Shown piece after piece: positions 50,696-62,101 of a stretch of 64,000 nucleotides of DNA; position 1 is the stretch's first letter, and each line of letters opens with the position of its first letter. The position numbers and the translations under genes were made by a program. The stretch covers positions 30,121-94,120 of the forward strand of contig CAWBGA010000012.1 of the NCBI GenBank assembly GCA_963788195.1. Direction: 5' to 3'. The stretch comes from Nitrospirota bacterium. Lineage in GTDB: Bacteria; Nitrospirota; Nitrospiria; Nitrospirales; NS-4. The notes beneath the pieces are model-generated. The model was not told the DNA's origin and made no database searches. It was given only the letters and a program-made list of their open reading frames with translations.

Positions 50696-51622
50696 GTGTC
50701 CGAGGCGCGCACTACATCGGATCTGGTCGCGAGAGTGATTGCCACGCGTGACGACTTTGACCGTATGGCCACCGACTCGCTTCCGCAGCTTTTAGAAAGA
50801 GCGTCCAGTCACACGCGTCGGTTCTTACGGGAAACCGGTCAATGGACCGATGATATCAGCCACGAAAAATTAGCGCTTCGGTGGGGTTATGAATTTCTGG
50901 AGCGGTTTTTGGTCTCTGGGCGAACGGAAGTTCCATGCCGTCCTTTTCTGCTTCTCGACAGCCTCATCGCAAAACACTTTAGTCAATGCGAGCCCTTATG
51001 CTACCACCAGGGCTTACTTTCGCCGTTGGGCCGTTTCTTGGATGGGCTCACGTCGCGGGCGGTGGTAAGTCGGGATGCCCTCATGGCTCTCTTTTATCAT
51101 TTCTATGGGTTTGGACAGGGACAGGTGGTCCGTGTCCTGGGGCTGGGCCCCGCGGAAAGTCAGCGCGTATATAAAAACTTTGAACGATGGCGCCGCACAG
51201 GCTGGCAACGAGCTATAACGGAGATTGGACTTACCGAAGACGAGCTGGCTCAGATCGAAAAACATAAAGCGCGTGAGCCCGCGGAGTTCCTTCAAGAGGC
51301 CACGCAACTCCTCAAAAGCGTACAGAGTCACTATCGCAAGAGCGAACCTCAACACTTTCCCTGCCTGAACCGGAGTCAGTGGGCGGATCTCTTTGAACAG
51401 GGTTACGGCTACGATTACCGGGCTTGGCATCTCGCCCTCTGTCAAGATTGCCTGTTAGAGATCTGTCGCCTTCGACAGGACGGCCTCGGCATGCCGCTCC
51501 CCGAGCTTGACCTGCAGGTCCGACCATTGGTCAAGGGAAAGATTGTGTCTTTTGTGCTAAAACATCACGATGGAAACGGGCTCGGAGGTGCCACCCAACG
51601 CCTATCCGCTGCAACTCATTGA
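50696..51622 (+). CDS. divergent ECF sigma-like protein (region-4 HTH) with C-terminal HxxxCxxC zinc motif
   Basis: AAGGGAG RBS and GTG start; LFYHFYGFGQGQVVRVLGL...RVYKNFERWRR resembles sigma region 4; FPC...WHLALCQDC. Confidence 0.55.
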   Translation: MSEARTTSDLVARVIATRDDFDRMATDSLPQLLERASSHTRRFLRETGQWTDDISHEKLALRWGYEFLERFLVSGRTEVPCRPFLLLDSLIAKHFSQCEPLCYHQGLLSPLGRFLDGLTSRAVVSRDALMALFYHFYGFGQGQVVRVLGLGPAESQRVYKNFERWRRTGWQRAITEIGLTEDELAQIEKHKAREPAEFLQEATQLLKSVQSHYRKSEPQHFPCLNRSQWADLFEQGYGYDYRAWHLALCQDCLLEICRLRQDGLGMPLPELDLQVRPLVKGKIVSFVLKHHDGNGLGGATQRLSAATH

Positions 51623-51775
51623 CACGAGGTCTCTCGGCATTGCCGGCGTTCGCTGCGTCGGCTTCCTGAAGGTATCACCACGAGCTTAAATCGTCTGACC
51701 CGATCGGAGACACCGTCCGCGCCGCTGCTGACCGGTCCTGTTGGGCCCAGCACAGCCGGGCCCTGAGGAACCACG

Positions 51776-53020
51776 ATGTCCGACTTCCACCAGAACGGCA
51801 TCGTCACGGTGCTTCATCGCCTAGGGCCCCCCAACTTGGAGCGCCTCGAGGCGGAATTGCGCCGCCACGCAATGATCAACCCCATCGCTTTGGTATTGCC
51901 CTCCCTGTACTCTGAGCTAGAACGTCCGGCCATCAATAGAATCGTGGAAAATTTGAAGGAGATCCCCTACCTGAATGAGGTCGTCGTTTCTCTGGATCGC
52001 GCCTCCGCCTTGGAGTTCCGGCTGGCGAAGGATTTTTTTGGAACCCTCCCGCAACGAGTGCGGCTCATTTGGAATGACGGCCCCCGCATCCAGGATTTGC
52101 TCCAACTCCTTGTGTCTCAGGGCATCGACATCGGCACCGCGGGAAAAGGACGGGGCTGTTGGGTGAGCTTTGGCTACGTCCTAGCTCGCCGCCAGAGTAA
52201 GGTCATTGCGCTCCAGGATTGTGACGTACTAAGCTTCAACCGCGAGTACCTCGCGCGGTTGTGTTTTCCGCTCGCCAATCCGAGCCTTGGATACGAGTTC
52301 TGCAAGGCCTACTACAGCCGCGTCACGGACCGATTGCATGGGCGTGTCACGCGGCTTTACTTCACCCCGTTGATCCGCAGCCTGCAACACATCGTCGGCC
52401 CTCAGGCGCTGCTCACTTTCCTCGACAGCTTTCGGTACCCTCTCGCAGGAGAGTTTGCGATGGTTCGAGATCTTGCGTGGATTAACCGGATCCCGGGGGA
52501 CTGGGGCCTTGAGGTCGGAGTGCTCGCCGAAGTCTATCGCAATTGCGCGTTACGGCGTATCTGCCAAGCTGACATCGCCGACTCCTATGAGCACAAGCAC
52601 CAAATCTTATCCGCTGAGGATGAGACAGCGGGACTCTTGAAGATGTGCATCGATATCGCGAAATCCCTGTTTCGCAATCTCTCCAGCGAGGGCGTCGTCC
52701 TCTCTGAAGCCATGCTGAAAACCCTGTGGGCGACCTATCTGCAGAACGCTCACGACGCCATCAGCCGCTATCAAGATGACGCCGCGATTAATAGTCTGGT
52801 CTTCGATCGGCATGAGGAACGAACGGCTGTAGAGGTCTTCCTGAAAGGTCTCAAGCTCGCGACTGATGCGTTTCTCGAAGACCCGCTCTGGGTGCCGATC
52901 CTGCCGAATTGGAGCCGCGTGGCCGCAGCCGTTCCCGATATCTTCGACCGGCTGATCGACGCGGTGGAGCAGGACCATGCCTGGGACCCTAAATCCGAGG
53001 ACGCACAGGTCCGACGATGA
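51776..53020 (+). CDS. gpgS: glucosyl-3-phosphoglycerate synthase-like glycosyltransferase
   Basis: MSDFHQNGIVTVLH, GKGRGCW, DCD, KAYYSR...LHGRVTRL, FRYPLAGEF, DWGLEVG and YEHKHQ motifs. Confidence 0.78.
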   Translation: MSDFHQNGIVTVLHRLGPPNLERLEAELRRHAMINPIALVLPSLYSELERPAINRIVENLKEIPYLNEVVVSLDRASALEFRLAKDFFGTLPQRVRLIWNDGPRIQDLLQLLVSQGIDIGTAGKGRGCWVSFGYVLARRQSKVIALQDCDVLSFNREYLARLCFPLANPSLGYEFCKAYYSRVTDRLHGRVTRLYFTPLIRSLQHIVGPQALLTFLDSFRYPLAGEFAMVRDLAWINRIPGDWGLEVGVLAEVYRNCALRRICQADIADSYEHKHQILSAEDETAGLLKMCIDIAKSLFRNLSSEGVVLSEAMLKTLWATYLQNAHDAISRYQDDAAINSLVFDRHEERTAVEVFLKGLKLATDAFLEDPLWVPILPNWSRVAAAVPDIFDRLIDAVEQDHAWDPKSEDAQVRR

Positions 53021-54306
53021 TCGTGGCCGCCGCCCCCCTGACGCCGCAAACAGAAGCCGTGGTGCAGGAGATCGGCGAGGTCGAAGTGCTGGTCGGAATC
53101 CCCAGCTATAACAATGCCGACACCATCGGCCATGTCGTCCGAGCCGTCAGCGCCGGTTTGGCCAAATACTTTCCCAGAGCTCGCGCCGTGCTGGTTAATT
53201 CAGACGGGGGGTCTTCGGACGGGACTCCGGAAGTTGTGGCGGCAAGCATCGTGGACTACGGCGCCATGCTCATCAGCGATCGCCAGAGTCTGCTGCACAA
53301 GATAATCACCCCCTATCATGGCATTCCCGGCAAGGGCAGCGCCTTCCGCACCATTTTTGAGATTGCGCGGCGGCTTCAGGCGAAGGCTTGTGCCGTCGTG
53401 GATTCCGACCTGCGCAGCATTACTCCGGAATGGATCGAACTCTTGATACGACCGGTTCTGCACGAGGGCTATGACTATGTCGCGCCTTATTACCTGCGGC
53501 ACAAGTACGACGGGACCATCACGAACAGCATCGTCTACCCACTAACCCGCTCCCTCTACGGCCAACGGATCCGCCAACCCATAGGCGGCGACTTCGGCTT
53601 TTCCGGACGGCTCGCCGCGCATTACCTGGACAAGCACGTTTGGGACTCCGAGGTGGCCCGGTTCGGAATCGACGTCTGGATGACGACGGAAGCAGTCGCG
53701 AGTGGAGCGCGCGTGTGTCAGAGTTTTCTCGGCGCAAAAATCCACAACCCTAAAGACCCGGCTGCAGACCTCTCCGCAATGCTGGTAGAAGTGGCCGGGG
53801 CACTGTTCTCTTTAATGGAGGACCACCAAGCGGTGTGGGCGACTATCGAAGGCTCGAAGCCCGTTACGCTCTTCGGCTTCCAATATGAAGTAGGCGTGGA
53901 GCCGGTGAACGTCAATGTTGACGCGATGGTCGCTAAGTTCCAGCAGGGTCTCGCTGATTTGCAAACCATCTGGGGACAGATGTTGTCGGCAGAGACTCTC
54001 GCCGAGCTGCGTTCCCTACAAAATTGTTCGTTACAAGCTTTCCACATCTCCGATGATCTCTGGGCCCAGCTTGTGTATGACATCGCGGTAGCGCATCATC
54101 GTTATCTCATGCCCCGCGAACACTTATTGAAAGCTCTCACCCCTTTATATCTGGGGCGGACCGCGTCATTCGTACTTGAAACGCAGGGCCTGACATCTTC
54201 GGAAGCCGAAGGCCGGATCGAGACACTGTGCCAAACATTCGAAAAACGAAAGCCATACCTTATTGAACGGTGGGGCCGGCCTGTCGAATCCGGAGCGGGC
54301 GTGTGA
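53017..54306 (+). CDS. GT2 glycosyltransferase, mannosylglycerate/glucosylglycerate synthase-like
   Basis: VGIPSYNNADTI, SDGGSSDGT, PGKGSA, VDSDLRSITPEW, RHKYDGTITN, RQPIGGDF and FGIDVW motifs. Confidence 0.78.
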   Translation: MIVAAAPLTPQTEAVVQEIGEVEVLVGIPSYNNADTIGHVVRAVSAGLAKYFPRARAVLVNSDGGSSDGTPEVVAASIVDYGAMLISDRQSLLHKIITPYHGIPGKGSAFRTIFEIARRLQAKACAVVDSDLRSITPEWIELLIRPVLHEGYDYVAPYYLRHKYDGTITNSIVYPLTRSLYGQRIRQPIGGDFGFSGRLAAHYLDKHVWDSEVARFGIDVWMTTEAVASGARVCQSFLGAKIHNPKDPAADLSAMLVEVAGALFSLMEDHQAVWATIEGSKPVTLFGFQYEVGVEPVNVNVDAMVAKFQQGLADLQTIWGQMLSAETLAELRSLQNCSLQAFHISDDLWAQLVYDIAVAHHRYLMPREHLLKALTPLYLGRTASFVLETQGLTSSEAEGRIETLCQTFEKRKPYLIERWGRPVESGAGV

Positions 54307-54410
54307 TGCTGAAGCTCATGCTAGATTATTTACACCAAGTATTTGCCGGCCTGGTATGAGCGACGGGTCTTGATGAGAGCTGGTTCGGCTAGATACCAAG
54401 TGCAAGAGAG

Positions 54411-55125
54411 GTGACCATGAAAAATTTCTTTGATACGGCACTGCTCGACCCACTCCAAACTCTGGGCAATCAGATTCTTGCGCTCCTGCCGAACGTGCTC
54501 GGAATGGCCATTATTCTTTCTGTTGGTTTCGCAGTCGCATGGTTGGTAGGCGTGGGGGTCCAACGACTCTTACGAGTCATTGGCCTCGACCGTGTCGGTG
54601 ATCGTGTCGGGGTCAGTACCGCGATGGCGCGAGGCGGTGTCAAGTCGGATCTCTCATATGTGGTGGGGCGGGCGGCTTATTGGATCGTCCTGGTCTTCGC
54701 GGCCGTTGCCGCTCTCAGCGCTTTGAACCTGCAGCCCATCCGAAACTTCGCGCAGTCCTTTCTCGCCTACATCCCCAATGTGATGATGGCGATGTTGATC
54801 CTCATCGCCGGGTATTTGCTCTCGAATTTTGTCTCGCAGGCTGTCTTGATTGCGGCCGTCAACGCGGGCCTGCCTCCAGCGCGCCTGGTGGCCGGCGCGT
54901 CGCGATGGGGCGTTCATACTCGTTGCCATCGCGATGGCCATGGAACAACTCGGGATCGCCCGTAATATTGTCGCCGTAGGTTTCGGATTAACCCTGGGAG
55001 GCATTGTCTTCGCCGCAGCGATCGCCTTTGGGCTCGGAGCAAAGGACCTGGCCAAGGAATTTTTGGAAAGCCGGCTGTCCCAACGGCCGCGTAGCCGCGC
55101 CCCGGATGACCTCCGACATCTTTGA
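54411..55125 (+). CDS. CmpX-like conserved TM-helix (mechanosensitive channel family) membrane protein; frameshift near 54910
   Basis: LPNVLG..IL..G, LAYIPNV..A.LIL..G repeats; AMEQLGI...AIAFGLG.KD in the second frame. Confidence 0.78.
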
Positions 55126-55194
55126 TGCCGTCCGCAGCATGCCCCAAAAAGGGGTATGGAATTTTTCCGGCCTGACAGTCATGGATGAACGCAT

Positions 55195-57264
55195 ATGGAT
55201 GCACCGAAGAAAAATCCCTCTACTCACCAGGAAGGTAAGGGAGAAACACTCCCGCCGGACGGCAGGCGTCGCGTCATCATCAAGAATGTGACTCCGGAAA
55301 TCGAGGGCGGACGTTTCCCTGTGAAGCGAATCGTCGGTGAGATGGTGAAGGTGGAGGCCGATATTTTTACAGACGGCCACGACGCCCTGACCTGCGTGCT
55401 CCAGTATCGAAAAGAGACTTCCCTCCCCGAAGAGACAGCCCTTGCCCTTGAATGGCGCGAGGCCTTCCTCGACCCTTTGAGCAATGATCGCTGGCGTAGC
55501 GCGTTTCAGGTCGACCAGCCAGGCCGCTACCAATACGCAATCTCAGCCTGGGTGGACCCCTTCAAAACCTGGCGCCGTGACCTCATCGCACGGTTAGAAG
55601 CCGGACAAGACATTAGAGTGGATTTGCTGGTCGGCGCACGGTTGATCAAGGAAGCCGGCGGTCGCGCGTCAGCCGAGGACTCTCTCAAGTTGCTCGCGTG
55701 GGCTGATACCCTGAGTGTCAAGGGAAGCCTCGAAAATGCGATGAAGGCCACGCAGGATGAGGACCTCAGGCTTCTCATGCAACGGTACTCAAGCCGAGAG
55801 CATGCCACAACGTATGACAAAAACTTAAGCGTGGTGGTGGATCAGAAAAACGCCCAATACAGCACGTGGTATGAGATGTTTCCGCGGTCTCAATGGACCA
55901 GCAACAGGCGCGAGCATGGCACGTTCAAGGATTGCGAGGCACGCCTGCCCTATATCGCCGCTCTCGGCTTTGACGTGTTGTATCTGCCGCCGATACACCC
56001 CATCGGTCGAACCCATCGCAAAGGTAAAAACAATTCGACCACGGCCTTACCTGGTGACCCAGGCAGCCCATGGGCCATTGGATCCGATGACGGGGGTCAC
56101 ACGGGCGTGCACCCAGAGCTTGGGACTCTGGAGGACTTTCGAAGTCTTGTCAGCAAGAGCGCCGAGTATGGAATCAAGATCGCGCTGGATGTGGCTTTCC
56201 AGTGCTCGCCCGATCACCCCTATGTGAAGCAGTACCCCGAATTTTTTCGCCGAAGACCCGATGGACAGGTGCAATACGCCGAGAATCCGCCGAAGAAGTA
56301 CGAGGACATCTATCCATTTGATTTCGAAAGTGCGCAATGGCCGAAGCTGTGGCAAGAACTCCTGAACGTTGTAAATTTCTGGATTGCCCAGGGCGTCCGC
56401 ATCTTTCGTGTGGACAACCCTCACACAAAACCCTTTCCCTTCTGGGAATGGCTGATCACGAAGGTGAAGCACGAGCACCCGGACATCATATTTTTGGCCG
56501 AAGCATTTACGCGTCCGAAGGTCATGTATCACCTCGCGAAACTCGGCTTCACCCAGTCCTATACCTACTTCTCCTGGCGCAACACCAAGTGGGAACTCAC
56601 GCAGTACTTCACCGAGCTCACCCGCACCGAGGTGGCTGAATTCTTTCGTCCGAACTTATGGCCGAACACCCCGGATATCTTGACCGAGTACCTGCAGGCA
56701 GGGGGTCGCCCCGCGTTCATGATCCGACTGGCCTTGGCGGCCACACTGGGCGCGAGTTACGGGATCTACGGCCCCGCTTATGAGCTTTGCGAGAATCGCC
56801 CGCGCGAGTCGGGCAGCGAAGAATATCTGGATTCGGAAAAATATGAAGTCAAACAATGGGACATCGATCACCCCAGGAGCCTGAAGGACTTCATCACGCG
56901 GATTAATAGGATTCGACGTGAAAATCCCGCCCTCCACAGCGACAGCCGCCTGCAATTTCATGACGTGGATAATGACCAACTCTTATGCTATAGCAAAAGC
57001 AGCGACGATCTGACAAACGTCGTGTTGACGGTAGTGAACCTGGATCCGTTTCATTCTCAGGCGGGCTGGACGAGCCTGCAATTAGAGGCTCTCGGAGTCG
57101 GTCCCGATCAGGGCTTCCAGGCGGAAGATGTTCTTACAGGCACGCGCTATTTGTGGCGAGGCACAAAGAACTTCGTCGAAATTAATCCGGCGACGATGCC
57201 GGTGCAGATTTTTCGCCTGAGGCGATACTTGCGCACCGAGCGTCATTTTGATTACTACATGTAA
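55195..57264 (+). CDS. glgE: alpha-1,4-glucan:maltose-1-phosphate maltosyltransferase
   Basis: [51 protein letters not shown] and YLDSEKYE motifs. Confidence 0.96.
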   Translation: MDAPKKNPSTHQEGKGETLPPDGRRRVIIKNVTPEIEGGRFPVKRIVGEMVKVEADIFTDGHDALTCVLQYRKETSLPEETALALEWREAFLDPLSNDRWRSAFQVDQPGRYQYAISAWVDPFKTWRRDLIARLEAGQDIRVDLLVGARLIKEAGGRASAEDSLKLLAWADTLSVKGSLENAMKATQDEDLRLLMQRYSSREHATTYDKNLSVVVDQKNAQYSTWYEMFPRSQWTSNRREHGTFKDCEARLPYIAALGFDVLYLPPIHPIGRTHRKGKNNSTTALPGDPGSPWAIGSDDGGHTGVHPELGTLEDFRSLVSKSAEYGIKIALDVAFQCSPDHPYVKQYPEFFRRRPDGQVQYAENPPKKYEDIYPFDFESAQWPKLWQELLNVVNFWIAQGVRIFRVDNPHTKPFPFWEWLITKVKHEHPDIIFLAEAFTRPKVMYHLAKLGFTQSYTYFSWRNTKWELTQYFTELTRTEVAEFFRPNLWPNTPDILTEYLQAGGRPAFMIRLALAATLGASYGIYGPAYELCENRPRESGSEEYLDSEKYEVKQWDIDHPRSLKDFITRINRIRRENPALHSDSRLQFHDVDNDQLLCYSKSSDDLTNVVLTVVNLDPFHSQAGWTSLQLEALGVGPDQGFQAEDVLTGTRYLWRGTKNFVEINPATMPVQIFRLRRYLRTERHFDYYM

Positions 57265-57302
57265 CTGATGATACGCGCTTCAAGTCGATTTCCCCGACAT
57301 TC

Positions 57303-60300
57303 ATGACTGATCCCCGGCCGCAATGGTATAAGGACGCGATCATCTACGAGCTCCATGTCCGTGCTTTCCAGGACAGCGACGGCGACGGCATGGGGGATTT
57401 TCTCGGCCTTACGCAAAAACTAGACTATCTGCAAGACCTCGGCGTGACCGCCCTTTGGCTCCTCCCCTTCTATCCTTCCCCGTGGAGAGACGACGGCTAC
57501 GACATCTCGGATTATATGGATGTCCACCCCGCCTATGGCACTTTACAGGACTTCAAAGTTTTCCTGGAGGAAGCCCATCGTCGTGACCTTCGAGTCATCA
57601 CCGAACTGATCATTAACCACACGTCCGATCAACATCCATGGTTTCAGCGGGCCCGCCACGCAGATGCCGGCAGTCCCTGGCGGGACTTCTACGTGTGGAG
57701 CGACACTGCGGACAAATACAAAGATGCCAGGATCATCTTCAAGGACTTCGAGTCATCGAACTGGGCCTGGGATCCTGTGGCCAAAGCCTACTACTGGCAC
57801 CGGTTTTACGCTCACCAGCCAGACCTCAATTTTGACAATCCCGCTGTTCACGAGGCGCTCTATGAAGTCGTAGATTTCTGGTTAGCTATGGGCGTCGACG
57901 GCCTTCGGTTGGATGCGGTCCCCTATCTGTACGAGCGTGAAGGGACGAGCTGCGAGAACCTGCCCGAGACCCACACGTTTTTGAAGGCCTTACGACGTCA
58001 CGTCGATCAGAAATTCCAGGATCGGATGCTGCTGGCGGAGGCGAACCAGTGGCCTGAAGACGCGAGTGCTTACTTCGGCGACGGAGACGAGTGCCATACG
58101 GCATTTCACTTTCCGCTCATGCCGCGCCTATTCATGGCACTGCGCATGGAAGACAGGTACCCGATTATGGAAATCCTTCAGCTTACGCCGGTGATCCCCG
58201 AGAATTGCCAGTGGGCGCTGTTCCTTCGCAACCATGATGAGCTGACCCTGGAAATGGTCACGGACGAAGAACGGGACTACATGTACCGGGTGTACGCACA
58301 GGATCAGCAGATGCGCATTAATCTCGGGATTCGTCGCAGGCTGGCGCCTCTGCTAGGCAATGGGCGGCGAAAGATCGAGCTGTTAAACGGTTTGCTCTTT
58401 GCTCTTCCCGGCACCCCTGTGTTGTATTACGGCGACGAAATCGGCATGGGCGACAACATTTTTCTCGGTGATCGCAACGGGGTCCGCACGCCCATGCAAT
58501 GGAGCCCGGATCGGAACGCCGGCTTTTCTCGGACCAACCCGCAGCGCCTGTATCTGCCGATCATCGTTGATCCGGAGTATCACTACGAAGCGAACAATGT
58601 AGAGACGCAGCAGAATAACCCTCATTCCCTGCTGTGGTGGATGAAACGGTTAACCGCCTTGAGGAAATGCTTTCAGAGCTTCGGCCGGGGTAGCCTGGAG
58701 TTCCTGCAACCAGAGAATCACCGTGTGCTGGCCTTCATCCGTCGTTATCAGAATGAGCGGATTCTTGTCGTGGCCAATCTCTCCCGCTTCCCCCAGCCGG
58801 TGGAACTGGACCTGTCGGCTTTCAAGGGGATGGTCGCGCAGGAGCTCGGCGGTCAGACCACCTTTCCCACCATCGGCGAGTCGCCATACTTTCTGACCCT
58901 GGGTCCTCTTGGGTTCTACTGGTTTTCCCTGGAAGCTCAACCGGCGTCCGAGGTTCAAGAAGCACCGGTCCCGACTATCAGGGTTTCCCGCGGCTGGGAA
59001 AGTATGTGGCGCAAGGATGAAAAAACCGCGTTCGAAGAGATTCTCCCCGGTTACCTGCGGCGACGCCGCTGGTTTAGAAGCAAAGGACGACGCATTAAGT
59101 CGGCCACCATTCAGGAGATCATCCCGATTCCTACAACTGCAAAAGGGTATGTGCTGTTGGTCCACTTGGAATATACGGAGGGAGACCCAGAACTATACGC
59201 CCTCGGCGTGACCTTTGCGGCGGGGGAGGAGGCTGCGAGGATACAGCACGAAAATCCGGAATCGGTCCTCGCGGATCTACGATGGGGCGATGAGAGCGGG
59301 ATTCTTTATGACGCGTTCAGAGAGAAGGAGTTCTGCCAAAGCCTCCTGGACGCCATCCGGCAGCACAGCCGTTTCAAAGGAATGGCTGGTGAGCTCGTGG
59401 CATTGCCGACGCCGGCCTTTGTGAAGGCCGGGGCCGAAGAGCATCCTCTCGAGCCTTCGCTGGGAAAAGCGGAGCAGAGCAATACCTCGGTGATCTTTGG
59501 GGACCGATGGATCCTGAAAGTTTATCGGCGCATTGAAGAGGGCGTCAACCCCGACCTCGAGATCGGTCGCTTTCTCACGGAACGGGCTCCAAGCCACGTC
59601 ACCCCCGCAATCGCCGGAGCTCTGGAATACCGGAGGAAAGACAATGCGCGAATGCTGGTGGGTATTCTCCAGGAATTCGTGCCGAACCAAGGAGACGCCT
59701 GGAGCCATACGCTCGACATGCTCAGCACGTACTTTGAGCGCGCACTTGGCCCACGATGCCAGTCAAAAGTCCGAAGCGGCAATCGACTCTCAGATGCACA
59801 TGTCTTTGCTCTCTTTGAGTGAAGAGGACATTACGGTGACCGCCACCGAGCTGATCGGGCCGTATCTGGAATCGGCGCGGTTGATTGCGCAGCGAACTGC
59901 GGAGATGCATCTGGCCTTGTCGACGGAACTTAAGGACCCGATTTTTGCCCCCGAGCCGTTCACGGATTTCTATCGGCAGGCGCTCTATCATCAAATGCTC
60001 GGGCTGACCAATCAGTCATTTCAACTTTTGCGGAAACGTCAGAAAGCTCTTCCGGAGGCGGCCCAGGACGATGCGGCGCGGGTGCTGGAACTGGAAGGTG
60101 CCATCCGCAAACGCTTTCGCCAGATTCGTGACGGAAGAATCACCGCGATGCGTACCCGGTGTCATGGCGACTACCATCTCGGGCAGGTCCTCTACACGGG
60201 CAAAGATTTTGTCATCGTCGACTTCGAAGGGGAACCGGCGCGGCCATTGAGTGAGCGTCGCATCAAACGCTCTCCGCTCAGGGATGTGGCTGGAATGCTC

Positions 60301-60621
60301 CGCTCATTTCATTACGCCTCCTCCGCGGCATTATTCGGACAAGTTCCGGGAATCATAGCTCGGCCGGAGGTCAGGCCCACGCTCGAGCCGTGGGCCCGCT
60401 TTTGGTACGGGTGGGTAAGCTCCGTCTTTTTAAAAACCTATCTTCTTAACAGCAGCCAAGGCGCCTTTTTACCGCGTACGCGCGAAGAGCTTGAGACCTT
60501 ATTGGACGCTCATTTGTTGGAAAAGGCGATCTATGAGATCGCCTATGAAGTCAACAACCGCCCCGACTGGGTCCGTATACCCCTGCAAGGGATTCTGCAT
60601 CTGATGGAAGGAAAGGCCTAG
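57303..60621 (+). CDS. treS: trehalose synthase fused to maltokinase (TreS-Pep2); frameshift near 59748
   Basis: [43 protein letters not shown]; second frame [10 protein letters not shown]...DFEGEP. Confidence 0.95.
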
Positions 60622-62087
60622 TGTCCAGCGTCTTGCAAGATGGAACACCTGACACGCGCTTGATGGTGGTCTCCAACCGTGAGCCATACGAGCACCGGCT
60701 CATAAAAAATCAAGTCCTTTGCCAGCGCACCGACGGTGGGCTGACCTCGGCACTCGATCCTGTCATGCGACGACTGGGTGGGACATGGGTCGCATGGGGA
60801 GGCGGGAAAGACGATCGCGCACACACACCGCCGGACGGCGTGCTCAATGTGCCTGTTGAAGCTCCAGCCTACCGCATGCGACGCGTCTGGCTCACTCCTG
60901 AAGAGGTCAAGGGCGGTTATCTTGGCTATGCCAATGAAGTCCTGTGGCCGCTGTGCCATATCACACTGGATCGGATCGCATACCGTAAGGCGTTCTGGGA
61001 AGCATACCAAAATTTGAACCGGCGGTTTGCGAACGCTGTGCTTGAGGAACTCGAACACCACCGCGGTCCCGTTTGGGTTCACGATTATCAGCTGGCGCTA
61101 TTGCCTCGTTATCTCAAAGATGCGAGACCGGATATAGAGGTCTCACTCTTCTGGCACGTGCCGTGGCCCGGGCCCGATGTCTTTCGGATTTTACCGGAGC
61201 GCCGCGAACTACTGGATGGTTTGATGGCCGCTGATAGTCTTGCCTTTCAAACGGCGGGGTACGCACATTCTTTCGCAGAGTGCGCCCGTCAATTTCTTCA
61301 GACGGAAGCATCCTCGACAGACGACCTCATCGTGTACAATGGTCACGGCACGCGCCTGGCGGCGCGTCCCATTAGTGTGGACTTCAGCTTATTTTCCGAA
61401 CGGGCTCGCACCCCCCAAGTGAAGCAAGCTATGAGGCACGCAAAGCGCGCCTTCGGCATTCGCACTGGAATTCAAATGGGCCTTGGCGTGGACCGCCTCG
61501 ATTACACCAAAGGACTGTTGAAGCGCTTTTGGGCCCTCGATACATTCTTCACCCGCTATCCCGAGTACCGCGGGCGGTTCACGTTCGTCCAAATCGCCAT
61601 TCCCACCCGAGGAGAGGTCGACGCCTATCGTCGCTATCGTGAATTGATTCGCCAGACCGCCTCGGAGATCAATGCCCTGCACAAAACAACCGAGTGGCGA
61701 CCGATCGAGTACCGGGAAGGCCGCATTGACTTCGACAAGCTCGTCGCCTATTACCGCATGGCCGACATCGCGCTCGTTAGTTCCGTCTATGATGGAATGA
61801 ATCTCGTCGCCAAGGAATACGTTGCATCACAGGTTGACGAATCCGGCGTGCTTCTCGTCAGTCAGATGGCGGGCGCTTCTGAAGAACTGACGGAGGCCTT
61901 TATCATCAATCCCTATGATCCCGAATTGCTCGCCGACTCCATGAAAGAGGGCTTGGAGATGACCCTTGAGGAACGGAGGGCGCGAATGCGGGCAATGAGA
62001 CGATATGTCGAAACCCACGATATTCAAGCCTGGGTCACTGCCTGCCTTTCGGATACCGGCATCCTCGTAAACAGCGATTCGCATTAA
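60621..62087 (+). CDS. otsA: trehalose-6-phosphate synthase (GT20)
   Basis: VSNREP, GGL, LWPLCH, WVHDYQL, FWHVPWP, VDRLDYTKG and DGMNLVAKEYVA motifs. Confidence 0.92.
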   Translation: MSSVLQDGTPDTRLMVVSNREPYEHRLIKNQVLCQRTDGGLTSALDPVMRRLGGTWVAWGGGKDDRAHTPPDGVLNVPVEAPAYRMRRVWLTPEEVKGGYLGYANEVLWPLCHITLDRIAYRKAFWEAYQNLNRRFANAVLEELEHHRGPVWVHDYQLALLPRYLKDARPDIEVSLFWHVPWPGPDVFRILPERRELLDGLMAADSLAFQTAGYAHSFAECARQFLQTEASSTDDLIVYNGHGTRLAARPISVDFSLFSERARTPQVKQAMRHAKRAFGIRTGIQMGLGVDRLDYTKGLLKRFWALDTFFTRYPEYRGRFTFVQIAIPTRGEVDAYRRYRELIRQTASEINALHKTTEWRPIEYREGRIDFDKLVAYYRMADIALVSSVYDGMNLVAKEYVASQVDESGVLLVSQMAGASEELTEAFIINPYDPELLADSMKEGLEMTLEERRARMRAMRRYVETHDIQAWVTACLSDTGILVNSDSH

Positions 62088-62101
62088 TATCCGGACGAGA
62101 G

